64,000 nt of DNA from an uncultured Rivularia sp. (GTDB lineage Bacteria > Cyanobacteriota > Cyanobacteriia > Cyanobacteriales > Nostocaceae): the NCBI GenBank assembly GCA_963665115.1, contig OY762007.1, positions 3,328,001 to 3,392,000 of the forward strand, read 5' to 3'. The translations under genes were made by a program, and so were the position numbers. Positions 43,659 to 54,592 of the stretch are shown here, in pieces. The notes under the pieces are model-generated. The model ran no database searches, had not been told where the DNA came from, and saw only the letters and a program-made list of their open reading frames with translations. Numbering within the stretch: position 1 is the first letter of the stretch; each line of letters starts with the position of its first letter.

Positions 43659-43963
43659 AATAAGACAAACAATTTAAGCTAGCAGATAATAACACAAATA
43701 GCCATTCTCTCACATTCATTCGCCCAATTTCAACTATTTGCCAAATCAAGCATGAAAACAGAAATAGTTGTAGGGTGACGAAATTATAATAATTCCAGAA
43801 TCGCAGTGATGCAAACTCTGTACCACTATCAATTGCGTTTAGGAATCACGCTTAAGTATAGCAGTCGCTTTGCAAAAAATGTCGCTTAAAGCAGCTTATG
43901 TTAAAAGCGCTTTCATTTCCAAGACCTTATGTATTGAAAAAGCAAGACCATAAACGGGCGCGG

Positions 43964-44833
43964 CTACTTCTTGGACTGCGCCTGAATAACGTCGAACTTA
44001 CCATCCGTGCGTACATAGATGATGCTTTCCTCTCCCGCTTTAGACGAGACTTGATGTAGCGACTGTCCCTTAGAGCCGAAATAACTACCTGGCAGCAAAG
44101 TCTTAACGTCAGTCTCATTTGACACTTGGCACTGTGGTTGACCCTGGATTACTACAGCGCGGAACGTCGAGCCGTTGCTACGTATATTTCCAGTAAATCC
44201 AGCCGGTAACTTGACAAGAGTTCCGTTCAACTGACCCTCCTGCGGGCTGCCCCAAAGAAAGGCTACCTTTGCCTTATTTTTAGAAGCTGGCGTTCCTTCA
44301 CTATCGACCCAAACAATGTTCGATACGTCCACGTTAATCGGCTTGTCTTCGCTTTGAAACGCCTTCTCAGGAGGAAGGACGAGATACGGTCCCTCCTCAA
44401 TTTCTATGTACGCCAGGTTTTTGCTGCCCTCGGCAGCTGTAATATGTACACCTCCGGCTGGCTGAGTCCAAAAAGAACCCTTCGGCATCCACATCTTTTC
44501 GGCATTCGGGTCATCGTTGTGAATGGTACCGTTAATAGCCACTCCTCGGTAGGTGATATTGTGAATGTGAGGTGGCGATGAGAAGCCGTCTACAAACTCC
44601 ACGAGGAAACCTGACGCACCGGAGCCAGTGCGATCGCCCCAAAGATTACCAGCCCTCGGGCTATTGTCGCCGCGAGCGGGGTTGAGCGGTCCCCATTCTA
44701 CTTCGGACATCAAGACAACCTGGGAGGTTGTTTCGGCTTCGGGTTTGGGAGTGATGCTGTTGGATGCGACCTGCGAGCCAGTGCAGGCGGCGATTAGGAC
44801 GCTTATAAGTGCTAGTGCTAGAAACTTTCTCAT
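43964..44833 (-). CDS. lipoprotein with DUF4437 (cupin-like) domains
   Basis: Lipobox IAAC; WGPLNPARGD, GFSSPPHIHNITYRGV, GSFWTQPAG..HITAA. Confidence 0.78.
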   Translation of the reverse strand: MRKFLALALISVLIAACTGSQVASNSITPKPEAETTSQVVLMSEVEWGPLNPARGDNSPRAGNLWGDRTGSGASGFLVEFVDGFSSPPHIHNITYRGVAINGTIHNDDPNAEKMWMPKGSFWTQPAGGVHITAAEGSKNLAYIEIEEGPYLVLPPEKAFQSEDKPINVDVSNIVWVDSEGTPASKNKAKVAFLWGSPQEGQLNGTLVKLPAGFTGNIRSNGSTFRAVVIQGQPQCQVSNETDVKTLLPGSYFGSKGQSLHQVSSKAGEESIIYVRTDGKFDVIQAQSKK

Positions 44834-44997
44834 ATTAAGTTTTCTATGTTGACTGCTAAATATTAAGTTAAACCTAATGCTTTCATAGATTTTCCCCTTA
44901 AAGAACAGTTTATTTATAAAAATTCAATGTTTTGATTATTCCTGCTATTTCATGCAATTACAATAGCTAAAAAAGCAAACTATTTTTGATATCGAGT

Positions 44998-45025
44998 AAA
45001 AAAAGAACGGGCAGAATGCCCGTTC
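44998..45025 (-). terminator. intrinsic terminator of typA
   Basis: GAACGGGCA/TGCCCGTTC stem with adjacent A7 (U-tract on minus strand). Confidence 0.8.
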
Positions 45026-45093
45026 CATAAAAAATTAATTTGATAATAAAAGCAAAGATCAAAGAAAAATTGACCTTTAACCTTTAACCTAAA

Positions 45094-46885
45094 TTACCGC
45101 TTCGCAAATCTCTTGGACATCTTCCGTAAACGAATTGATTCGGGTGTAATTTCCACCAATTCATCGGGGCCAATATATTCCAAAGCTCTTTCCAAACTCA
45201 TATCTGTAGGTGCTTGCAATTGAACCAATTCATCACCACTAGCAGCACGATGGTTTGTCAGCTGCTTGGTTTTACAAACGTTCAATTCCAAATCTTGAGG
45301 ACGATTATTTTCTCCAATAACCATGCCTTTATAAACTTTGGTGCCGGGAGTAATAAAGTAAGAACCTCTATCCTCAGCGTTTTTCAAAGCATAGAAAGTA
45401 GCAACACCTTCTTCAAAAGATATTAGTACGCCGTTGCGACGAGCAGAAATATCGCCCAAAATCGGACGGTAATCGAGGAAACTGTGGTTCATGATGCCGT
45501 CACCGCGAGTGATACGCATAAATTCACCACGGAAACCAATCAAACCACGAGCAGGAATGATGAATTCTAATTGAGAACGTCCGGTACCACCCATTTGCAT
45601 ATCTTGCATTTCACCTTTGCGCTGTCCGAGTCGTTCGATACAGCCACCAACGGCTTCTTCGGAAACGTCTAAAGCCAAGAGTTCGTAAGGTTCGCAAGGC
45701 TGCCCGTTGACTTCGCGGTAAATTACCTGTGGCTGGGATACCTGAAACTCATAACCTTCGCGGCGCATGGTTTCAATTAAAATACCCAAGTGAAGTTCAC
45801 CACGTCCGGAAACGCTAAAGCGATCGGGTGAATCGGTTTCTTCAACGCGCAAAGCTACATTAGTTTGCAACTCACGCATCAAACGATCTCTTATCTGCCG
45901 AGAAGTCACAAAATCCCCTTCCTGACCGCAAAATGGCGAATCGTTCACGGAGAAAGTCATTTGTAAAGTAGGTTCGTCCACTTTAATCAGTGGCAACGCA
46001 CGGGGTTCGTTGGGACAGGTAATGGTTTCTCCGATATTCGCATCAGCAAAACCTGCTACAGCAACAAGATTACCAGCGGATGATTTTTCTAATTCCACCC
46101 GTGCTAAACCTTCAAAACCAAGTAGCTTACTAATTTTGGATTTGACAACTTTACCGTCTTCTTTAACCAAAGCCGCTTGCTGTCCGGCGTTGATGGTACC
46201 GTTGTGAATTCTACCAATTACAATTCTTCCCAAGTACTCGGAATAATCCAGAGTTGTCACCTGTAATTGTAAAGGCTTTTCTGGGTCGCCAACTGGTGGG
46301 GGAACGTGACGTAAAATTCCCTCAAATAAAGGTTTCATATCACTGGATTCATCTTCGAGTTCTTTTTTAGCGAAACCTGCTAAACCAGAAGCGAACAAAT
46401 AAGGGAAATCGCATTGGTCATCATCTGCTCCTAATTCCAAGAACAAATCCAATACTTTATCAACTGCGACGTGGGGATCTGCTCGGGGACGGTCAATTTT
46501 GTTAACTACAACAATCGGACGTAATCCTTTTTCCAAAGCTTTCTTCAACACAAAGCGTGTTTGAGGCATGGGACCCTTCATTTGCATCCACGATCAGGAC
46601 GCAACCGTCCACCATACCCAATACCCGTTCAACTTCTCCACCGAAGTCAGCATGTCCGGGGGTATCAACAATATTAATTAAAGTTTCTTTGTAGCGAACG
46701 GCAGTATTTTTAGAAAGAATCGTAATTCCTCTTTCTCTTTCCAAATCGTTTGAATCCATAACGCAATCCGGAACGTCTTCCCCTTCACGGAAAATGCCAG
46801 ATTGTTTGAGCAGGGAATCAACGAGGGTTGTTTTGCCGTGGTCTACGTGAGCGATAATAGCGACGTTACGGATTGGGAGCGTCAT
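45094..46885 (-). CDS. typA: translational GTPase TypA/BipA, split by +1 frameshift near 46570-46576
   Basis: [26 protein letters not shown], then [20 protein letters not shown]; joined ~596 aa. Confidence 0.97.
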
Positions 46886-47031
46886 AATTGCGTCCGATGT
46901 ACTGCGGGTTTTATATTTTAATCATGTGAAGGCTGTATTAACAGAATTCGGATAAAAATGGTAATTCTGTAAACATCCCTTAACAATTCTATCTTACTCT
47001 TTCCGTTTGAAGTGAGATTTGGTAATCGCGA

Positions 47032-47074
47032 ATTGGGCATTGGCAATTGGGCATTGGGCATTGGGCATTGGGCA
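47032..47074. repeat. STRR-type heptamer repeat (ATTGGGC)
   Basis: Reverse complement of the CCCAATG family. Confidence 0.85.
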
Positions 47075-47208
47075 TGGTACAAAGTTAGGAGTTAAGACGG
47101 GAGTAGTAAGTAGCAAGTAGAGAGTAGCGAGTAGCGAGTTATAAATTATTTTCTCCTTATCTTCCTATCCCCCATCCCTTCTCCCATTACCTATTACCAA
47201 CCTAAAAA

Positions 47209-47841
47209 ATGCCCCACATAGTTCTACTTGGTGATTCAATTTTTGATAATGCTGCTTATGTTGGAGAAAATCCTAATGTGATTAAGCAGTTACAGATGAA
47301 ACTTCCCAAGGATTGGAATACCAGCTTGAACGCGATTGATGGGAATAAAGTTGATGATGTTTATGCTCAATTGAAAAAATTACCCGAAGATACAACTCAT
47401 TTGGTTTTGAGTGTCGGAGGAAATGATGCGCTTAGTTGTATTGGTATTTTAAATGAGAAAGTAGCTTCTTCTGCTGAAGTTTTTATTAAACTAGCTAACT
47501 TAAGAGAAGACTTTGAAAACCAGTATCGCAAATTGTTACGAAGAACTTTAAGCCTCGGTATACCTACAGCTATTTGTACTATTTATAATCCGAATTATCC
47601 CGAATCAACTTATCAAAGAATTGGAGTTGCTGCTTTAGCTATTTTCAACGATGTAATTATTCGACAAGCTTTTCAAAATGGTATTCCGCTAATTGATTTG
47701 AGATTAACTTGTAATGAAGCTACCGATTACGCAAATCCAATTGAACCTTCAAGCGCTGGTGGTGAAAAAATAGTGAATGCGATTGTTAATGCTGTTTTTG
47801 AGCATAATTTTGAGAAGCATTATACTCAGGTTTTTTATTAA
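47209..47841 (+). CDS. SGNH/GDSL hydrolase family protein
   Basis: LLGDSIFDN, SVGGNDAL, NPIEPS. Confidence 0.85.
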   Translation: MPHIVLLGDSIFDNAAYVGENPNVIKQLQMKLPKDWNTSLNAIDGNKVDDVYAQLKKLPEDTTHLVLSVGGNDALSCIGILNEKVASSAEVFIKLANLREDFENQYRKLLRRTLSLGIPTAICTIYNPNYPESTYQRIGVAALAIFNDVIIRQAFQNGIPLIDLRLTCNEATDYANPIEPSSAGGEKIVNAIVNAVFEHNFEKHYTQVFY

Positions 47842-47872
47842 ATAGAAAACAGCATCTAAAATCTATGGAATT

Positions 47873-48370
47873 TTAATTAATAGATACAAAATTTATTAAT
47901 TCATTAGCGATACTTCTCCACCACCAGATATATTCATTTTCGGAAGTAGTCGCAGTATTAGTGACTAAATTTACTGCTCTTAAACCAGGACAAGAATTAA
48001 ATTCTATTTCCACAATCTTTCTATCAGATTTTGCACTTAAAGTATATTGTCCATCAGTTAAAAAAACATGGTGTTCGTAATTCTCTGGTTTTTGAATAAG
48101 TTCTTCAAGGTAGGTATAATAATCTATTAGGAATTCAGCATCGCTTTCAACATACAAGAACATTCCCCCACCATCAAAATACTTAGCCAAACCTCCATAT
48201 AAGTAGGTAGGCTAGAATAAACCAAACTATGTAAAGGAATGTAAAATCCTCAAAGTGCTTGTGATGATCCACACCTTCGGTGAATGCTTCGTTTCACTCC
48301 GTTCCACTCGCAATGACATAGTTATAAATTTTCCCACCCACCTACTTAGTGATATATATTCATATCCCAT
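47873..48370 (-). pseudogene. hypothetical protein interrupted by a MITE at codon 8
   Basis: Removing the element and one TA copy gives MGYEYISLYGGLAKYFDGGGMF..., in frame with ORF 47873-48190. Confidence 0.7.
48200..48348. mobile_element. TA-flanked MITE
   Basis: TA-AGTAGGTAGG ... CCCACCTACT-TA inverted ends. Confidence 0.8.
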
Positions 48371-48532
48371 GCTAAATATTTTTTCCTAAAGTCACGAGAA
48401 TCTAAGCCATTTAAATTTTGAACTGTTCGAGGTAAAATATTAGTTTAGTTGTTAATTCTGCTGTTTTTGCATTCATTAAATTTACATTTTGCGGTCAATA
48501 ATTATCAGTAGATGGACTTAGAATTCCTTGCT

Positions 48533-49165
48533 TCAATCATAATTCCGCATCCCCTGAGCCACAAATTTCACTAGGCGAGCTATCGCAATTTCTATCTCTT
48601 CCGAAGAATTTCCAGTAATCACTTTATCTGACTGACCAAATTGATTTACAGTACGAATTATTATGGCGATCGCTAAGTCTAATTTCCAAGTTAGTTCGGT
48701 ACGGGTTTGGTCGGGAAGCGCTCTTTGTAGAATATCTAAAAATCGTCGCTGGCTTTCATGAAATTCTTTGTCTGCAAGTTGCTGTATTGGCAAAGGTTCC
48801 GCACGACAACGACCCATAAATTGAGCGCGAACTATTCCTGGTTCTCCCATCTGGGTTATTACCCTCAAAGGAGGACCGTAAAATGCTTCTAGAATATTCT
48901 CTAGTGATGGTGGTTCTTCTAGATTTTCATATTCGGCAAGCTTCTCTAGCTGAGATGCTACTATCTGTTGAGCAGTTCTTCGCACAACTGCAATAAAAAG
49001 CTCTTCTTTTGAACCAAAATGGTAGTGAACGGCAGCAATATTAACTTCTGCTTCCCGAATCACGTTACGTAAACTTGTCCCAGCAAAACCTTTTTCTCCA
49101 AATAACCGCTCCGCAACGTTAATTATTTGTTCTTTTGTATCAACAGTTGTTACATTATTTTTCAT
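48533..49165 (-). CDS. TetR-family regulator (PsrA/CerR-like)
   Basis: AERLFGEKGFAGTSLRNVIREAEVNIAAVHYHFGSKEEL. Confidence 0.93.
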   Translation of the reverse strand: MKNNVTTVDTKEQIINVAERLFGEKGFAGTSLRNVIREAEVNIAAVHYHFGSKEELFIAVVRRTAQQIVASQLEKLAEYENLEEPPSLENILEAFYGPPLRVITQMGEPGIVRAQFMGRCRAEPLPIQQLADKEFHESQRRFLDILQRALPDQTRTELTWKLDLAIAIIIRTVNQFGQSDKVITGNSSEEIEIAIARLVKFVAQGMRNYD

Positions 49166-49170
49166 TTAAA

Positions 49171-49186
49171 TCAAACGTTTGAATGA
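49171..49186. promoter_or_regulatory. putative TetR operator 1
   Basis: TCAAACGTTTGAATGA, 5 bp from the tetR start; related sites at 49575 and 49598. Confidence 0.6.
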
Positions 49187-49276
49187 TGCGTGATTTTAAT
49201 TAATTATAGTTGACTGACTTATAAACGTCCCGTTCCGATTTTACGGCATACAGGACAGGTATTGGGCAAAATATAT

Positions 49277-49416
49277 GGCGTTGCTGATTAAAAGTATGAT
49301 TTGCCCCCCAACCTCCAATTTTGGGAGAGCAAACTAATTTAAAGTTCCCCAGAATTGGGGAATTTAGGGGGCTAGTAAATATGAGAAAAAAATTTATACT
49401 TCAATTCAGCAATGCC
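49277..49416. mobile_element. MITE with 8-bp target-site duplication
   Basis: GGCGTTGCTGATTAAAAGTATGA / TTATACTTCAATTCAGCAATGCC inverted ends; AAATATAT at 49269-49276 and 49417-49424. Confidence 0.85.
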
Positions 49417-49574
49417 AAATATATTAAATGATAACTGTGCTATCGGCTATGTAAATCTATAGAAAAGAAAGTAGAATGCCTTGCTTATGGTAATTGCATT
49501 ATAGCTGCAAAAGTGGTTATAAGAATTCGTGGTAATTGCCGGAAAGTATGTATGCAATTCAACAATTGTATCTA

Positions 49575-49613
49575 TCAAACGTATGATTGACGATTATTAA
49601 AACGTGTGTTTGA
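49575..49613. promoter_or_regulatory. putative TetR operators 2 and 3
   Basis: TCAAACGTATGATTGA and TAAAACGTGTGTTTGA upstream of the efflux adaptor gene. Confidence 0.6.
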
Positions 49614-49669
49614 ATTGTATGCATGAGAAAACCTATTTCAGCAACTAAGCCCCACTGGAGGTAAATACC

Positions 49670-51064
49670 ATGAACCCAGATTTTACTCCGAATTCCCAGA
49701 TATCAGGTGATGAAACACTCTTAGATGGCGGATATTCTCAAGATATAGAAAATCAGCATCGAGATTATTCTAAGTTGCTTCGCTATGGAATGTTGGGTTT
49801 GCTGGGGTTGATGGTAGTAGTGGGTGCTGTGTTTGGTGCAAATAATTTAGTTAAAACAGAACCTGAAACAAAAGAAGTTGCTGTAGCGAAAGCTTTGCCA
49901 GTTATAACTTTACGAGCAAAACCTGTGGATTCCTATCAAGTGATGCGGACTTACACTGGTGAAATCGCTGCTATTCGGACTAGCGAGTTGGGGTTTGAAC
50001 GAGGTGGGAAGTTAGTTAACGTTTTTGTCAAAGAGGGCGATCGCCTTAAATCGGGACAGTCAATTGCAAAGCTTGATGTGAGTAATTTGCAGATGCAAAA
50101 GTTGCAATTAGAAGCTCAAAAAGCCCAAGCACAAGCTAGATTAGATGAATTTGTTGCAGGTCCTCGTCAGCAAGATATTGCAGCTGCTCGCGCAGCAGTT
50201 GATGATATTAAACAGCAGTTGCAGTTACAAAGAACTAAATTAAAAAGACGAAAGTATCTTTATGGTGAAGGAGCGATTGCGCGAGAACAACTTGATGAAA
50301 TTGCTTTTGGAGAAAATTCTTTAAACGCTCGTTTGAGACAAGCTCAAAGTAATTTAAATGAACTTTTAGCAGGAACTCGTACAGAGCAAATAGCCGCACA
50401 GCGAGCAGCTGTAAAACAATTAGAGGCAAGTATATCAGACTTAGAAATTAATATAGCTAAAAGTACAATCAAAGCACCATTTGCGGGTATTGTTTCCGCT
50501 CGTCAAATCGATGAAGGAACGGTAGTTAATACAGGTCAAGCAGTGGTGAGATTAGTAGAAAATACTAGTCCAGAAGCTAGAATTGGAATACCGACAACTG
50601 TAGTTAATAGATTGCGAGTTGGTAGTAATCAAAGAGTAGAAATTAATAATCAGAATTATTCAGCAATAATCGCTTCAATTTTGCCAGAAGTTAATCCCAA
50701 TACTCGCACTCAAGTAGTCGTATTAAAATTAGAATCTTCTTTAATATCTCAAATTAATCCCGGTCAAACAGTTAGATTAAAATTGACAGATACAATTCCT
50801 ACAGAAGGATTTTGGTTGCCAAATAAAGCTTTAACTCAAGGATTGCGAGGACTTTGGACTTGTTATGTTTTAATAAAGCCTTCTTCAGAAAATACCAATA
50901 CTCCTAGAGATGCTTTTGTGCTTGAACAGCGAACCGTAGAAGTATTGCATCAAGAAAGCGACAGAGTTTTGGTAAGAGGAACTTTGCAACCAGAAGACAA
51001 AATTGTTGCAAACGGTGTTCATCGATTAGTTCCCGGTCAGATTGTGCGTCCGATTGGGGAATAA
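49670..51064 (+). CDS. RND efflux periplasmic adaptor (membrane fusion protein)
   Basis: TM anchor, long coiled coil, TIKAPFAGIV, GVHRLVPGQ. Confidence 0.93.
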   Translation: MNPDFTPNSQISGDETLLDGGYSQDIENQHRDYSKLLRYGMLGLLGLMVVVGAVFGANNLVKTEPETKEVAVAKALPVITLRAKPVDSYQVMRTYTGEIAAIRTSELGFERGGKLVNVFVKEGDRLKSGQSIAKLDVSNLQMQKLQLEAQKAQAQARLDEFVAGPRQQDIAAARAAVDDIKQQLQLQRTKLKRRKYLYGEGAIAREQLDEIAFGENSLNARLRQAQSNLNELLAGTRTEQIAAQRAAVKQLEASISDLEINIAKSTIKAPFAGIVSARQIDEGTVVNTGQAVVRLVENTSPEARIGIPTTVVNRLRVGSNQRVEINNQNYSAIIASILPEVNPNTRTQVVVLKLESSLISQINPGQTVRLKLTDTIPTEGFWLPNKALTQGLRGLWTCYVLIKPSSENTNTPRDAFVLEQRTVEVLHQESDRVLVRGTLQPEDKIVANGVHRLVPGQIVRPIGE

Positions 51065-51069
51065 GAAGA

Positions 51070-51117
51070 GAGAGGGGGTAGAGGGGGAGAGGGGGTAGAG
51101 GGGGTAGAGGGGGTAGG
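51070..51117. repeat. 9-mer tandem repeat (GAGGGGGTA)
   Basis: Directly visible, about 5 units. Confidence 0.8.
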
Positions 51118-51412
51118 AAAATTAATTTTTAACTCTTTTAATCCAAATGTAATTGACAGTTTTCTTAATACATAATGGTGCGTTACGGCATTATCAAAGG
51201 AATAATCTTTCAATTGAATCACCTAGTACCGTAACACAACGGCAATATTGCGGGAAGAGAATCTACACCCTCCGGGTTCAACAGTTGCACTCTGCGAGAA
51301 AGCCTCCGGCTTACATGGGGGAAACCCCCAAGACCGCAATTTGCCTCCCCTACAAACTCACTACTTTCTACTTGCTACTTACTACTCATAATTCCTAACT
51401 CCTAACTTAATC

Positions 51413-54400
51413 ATGGTTCTTCCTTTTTTTCGCAATGTCCGTTTGCTAATCCTAACTTTTGTATTAATCATATTCTGGGGACTTTCTGCGTTTCAATCTT
51501 TACCGCGTCAGGAAGATCCGCAGTTGGTAGCTCGGACTGCTATTGTTACTACTGTTTTTCCTGGAGCTAGTGCAGAACGGGTGGAAGCGCTGGTGACTGA
51601 AGTGATTGAATCGGAGATGTCTGAGATTGAGGAAATTGATACTATTACTTCTGATTCTCGGGTTGGTTTATCTACGGTTTCGATTGAATTAAAGCAGACT
51701 ATAAGTAAAGCGAAACCTATTTGGACGCGGGTAAGGGATAAGTTAGCGGATGCATCTCCACAGTTTCCACCGGGGGTGCTGGAACCGGATTTAAATGAAA
51801 CGGAGACGCGAGCTTATGCTGTGATTGCATCTTTGGTTTGGGAAGGAGACGAGCCTAATTATGCAATTTTACGGCGTTTTGCTGAGGAATTAGATGTTCA
51901 AATTCGAGGTGTGGGAGGAACGGAGAAGGTTGATACTTTTGGTTTTCCTTCGGAGGAAGTAACTGTTGAGATTAATCCATCGGATTTAGCAGCAGTTGGA
52001 TTAAATGCTCGTCAGTTATCGCAGCAAATATTGCAAAGTGATGCTAAAACTAGCGCTGGACAACTTCGTAGTCCGAATAATACTTTAGCTATTGAGGTGG
52101 AAGGGGAACTTAATTCTCTGGAACGAATTCGTCAAATTCCAATTTCTTCGACTAACAACGGACAGTTTACTCGTTTAGGTGATATTGCAAGAGTTACTAG
52201 AGGTATCAGAGAACCTGTATCTGAATTGGCTTTGATTGGTAGTAAACCAGGGGTTAGTTTGGGAGTGTTGATGGAGTCGGGAAACCGGATTGATTTATGG
52301 GCTAAAAGAATTCGCGAACAAATAGAAGATTTTCGTCAGCGTCTACCAAATGGGGTCAAGCTAGAAGTCCTTTTCGACCAAAGTAGTTATGTTGAAACCC
52401 GTTTGGATAATTTGATTTCAAATCTATTATTTAGTGCTTTTCTTGTAGTTGCTGTAACTTTTGTGGGGATGGGTTGGAGGTCTTCTATTATTGTTGGTGC
52501 AGCACTACCATTAACAGTATTTGCGGTATTTGGTGAATTGCAGATTTTCAATATTCCGATTCATCAAATGTCAGTTTCGGGATTGATTATTGCTTTAGGT
52601 TTGTTGATTGATAACGCAATTGTTGTTGTCGATGAAATTCAGGTCGAACTGGAACATGGATTAAAGCCAAAGGATGCTGTGGTGAAAACTGTTAATTATT
52701 TAACGGTTCCTTTGCTGACATCGAGTTTAACTACAATTCTTACCTTCTTACCAATTGGTTTATTACCGGGAGAAGCGGGAGAATTTGTTGGTTCCATCGC
52801 TTGGGGTGTAATTATGTCCCTGGTTTCTTCTCTGGTAATCTCTTTGACGGTGATTGCTGCTCTCTCAGGTCGTTTTTTGGCTAAAACTCAAGTTGATGAG
52901 GAAGATATTCGTCCAAAACGCAAATCTGCTAAATCTCGACTTTTAACAAAATTAAAAAATCCCGATGCTTGGTGGAATTCAGGCTTTTCTTCACCTTTTT
53001 TGGGTCGGATTTATCGCAAAACTTTAAACTGGGCTACAGCAAAACCTTTAATTGCGATTGTTTTAACAATGATATTACCCGTAATGGGTTTTATAAATGT
53101 TGGTTCTCTACCGACGCAGTTTTTTCCTTCTCTAGCTCGCGACCAGTTTCAAATTGAAGTCGAGTTTCCCGCTCAAACTTCTATTGCTCAAAGTCGCGAG
53201 GATGTATTATTGGCTCGTAAATTAATTCAAGAACATTCCGAGGTTGAGGAAGTTCACTGGTTTGTTGGAGAAAGCGCTCCCAAGTTTTACTACAACTTTA
53301 CTGGTGGAATCAAAAATGCTGCTTACTACGCTCAAGCAATGGTACAGCTAAATACAAATAAAGGGGTTCCGCAATTAATTCGGACTTTACAAGATGAGTT
53401 AGATTCAGCATTCCCTAGCGCTAGAGTTTTAGTTAAACAATTAGAGCAAGGACCACCATTTGAAGCTCCGGTGGAAATGAGAATTTTTGGCTCTGACATA
53501 CAACAATTACGAATATTGGGTAGTCAAGTAAGGGAAATTTTGACACAGATACCCGATGTTACCCATGTAAGAGATGATTTGACCGAAACTTTACCCAAGT
53601 TGGGATTAGAAGTAGACGAAGAACAAGCAAGATTAGTCGGACTTGATAATAGAGCGATCGCGCAACAGTTAGAAAGTTATTTGGAAGGTTCCGTTGGTGG
53701 TTCGATTCTGGAATCTACAGAGAATTTACCTGTAAGAGTAAGAATTGCTAATTCAAATCGAGGAGATTTATCTCAGATTGCTTCGCTTAATTTACAGCCA
53801 ACTCAACAAGGTGGTACCGAACCAAATTTACGTCCTTTATCAGCACTAGGGAAGTTTAATCTGGTTCCCCAATTAGCAAAAATTTCCCGACGTAACGAAC
53901 AAAGAGTTAACACCGTTCAAGCTTTTATTTCTGCTGGGGTTTTACCTTCAGTAGTTCTGGGAGAATTACAAGAACGTTTGGAAACACAGGAATTTGAATC
54001 CAAACTACCTCCTGGATACAGATATGAATTCGGTGGAGAACAAGCAGAAAGCGGAGAAGCTACGGGAAATCTCATGTCTACGGTGGGATTGCTGGGGTTA
54101 ATTATGGTAATTACCCTAGTGCTATCCTTGGGTTCCTTCCGAATGGCTGGAATTGTGTTTGCTGTTGGAGTGGGTTCGGTTGGTTTGGCTTTATTTGCTC
54201 TGTGGGTTTTTGGTTCGGTATTCGGATTTATGGCAATTGTCGGGACAATGGGTTTGATTGGGATTGCTATTAACGGTGCAATTATTATTTTGTCAGCCTT
54301 TAATGAAGATGAAGCAGCTAAGAATGGTGATGTTAAAGCAGTCCGGGAAGTTGTAGTTAAAGCAACACGTCACGTCTTAACTACAACTATTACTACAATG

Positions 54401-54592
54401 GTTGGTTTTATTCCCTTGATTGCCGATGGCGACCCTTTCTGGCTACCTTTGGCGATTGCGATCGCGGGTGGAATTGGTGGTTCTCCGCTACTGGCGCTTT
54501 ATTTTACCCCTGCTGCTTATTTATTAGTGAAAGGACGGAGGAAGAATACGAGGAAGCGGAAACAGCTTTTGCTTCCTCCGGCGGTTTCTTGA
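51413..54592 (+). CDS. RND efflux permease (AcrB/AcrD/AcrF family)
   Basis: LPRQEDP, PGASAERVE, GLLIDNAIVVVD, PLAIAIAGG; 1059 aa. Confidence 0.95.
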   Translation: MVLPFFRNVRLLILTFVLIIFWGLSAFQSLPRQEDPQLVARTAIVTTVFPGASAERVEALVTEVIESEMSEIEEIDTITSDSRVGLSTVSIELKQTISKAKPIWTRVRDKLADASPQFPPGVLEPDLNETETRAYAVIASLVWEGDEPNYAILRRFAEELDVQIRGVGGTEKVDTFGFPSEEVTVEINPSDLAAVGLNARQLSQQILQSDAKTSAGQLRSPNNTLAIEVEGELNSLERIRQIPISSTNNGQFTRLGDIARVTRGIREPVSELALIGSKPGVSLGVLMESGNRIDLWAKRIREQIEDFRQRLPNGVKLEVLFDQSSYVETRLDNLISNLLFSAFLVVAVTFVGMGWRSSIIVGAALPLTVFAVFGELQIFNIPIHQMSVSGLIIALGLLIDNAIVVVDEIQVELEHGLKPKDAVVKTVNYLTVPLLTSSLTTILTFLPIGLLPGEAGEFVGSIAWGVIMSLVSSLVISLTVIAALSGRFLAKTQVDEEDIRPKRKSAKSRLLTKLKNPDAWWNSGFSSPFLGRIYRKTLNWATAKPLIAIVLTMILPVMGFINVGSLPTQFFPSLARDQFQIEVEFPAQTSIAQSREDVLLARKLIQEHSEVEEVHWFVGESAPKFYYNFTGGIKNAAYYAQAMVQLNTNKGVPQLIRTLQDELDSAFPSARVLVKQLEQGPPFEAPVEMRIFGSDIQQLRILGSQVREILTQIPDVTHVRDDLTETLPKLGLEVDEEQARLVGLDNRAIAQQLESYLEGSVGGSILESTENLPVRVRIANSNRGDLSQIASLNLQPTQQGGTEPNLRPLSALGKFNLVPQLAKISRRNEQRVNTVQAFISAGVLPSVVLGELQERLETQEFESKLPPGYRYEFGGEQAESGEATGNLMSTVGLLGLIMVITLVLSLGSFRMAGIVFAVGVGSVGLALFALWVFGSVFGFMAIVGTMGLIGIAINGAIIILSAFNEDEAAKNGDVKAVREVVVKATRHVLTTTITTMVGFIPLIADGDPFWLPLAIAIAGGIGGSPLLALYFTPAAYLLVKGRRKNTRKRKQLLLPPAVS

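Noticed and set aside
46570..46576. Programmed frameshift in typA (and the other split genes)
   Set aside because: No shared slippery site; five same-direction single-base offsets fit sequencing error better.
51153..51398. 81-aa ORF between the efflux genes
   Set aside because: Made of repeat-derived sequence, weak start, no recognisable motif.
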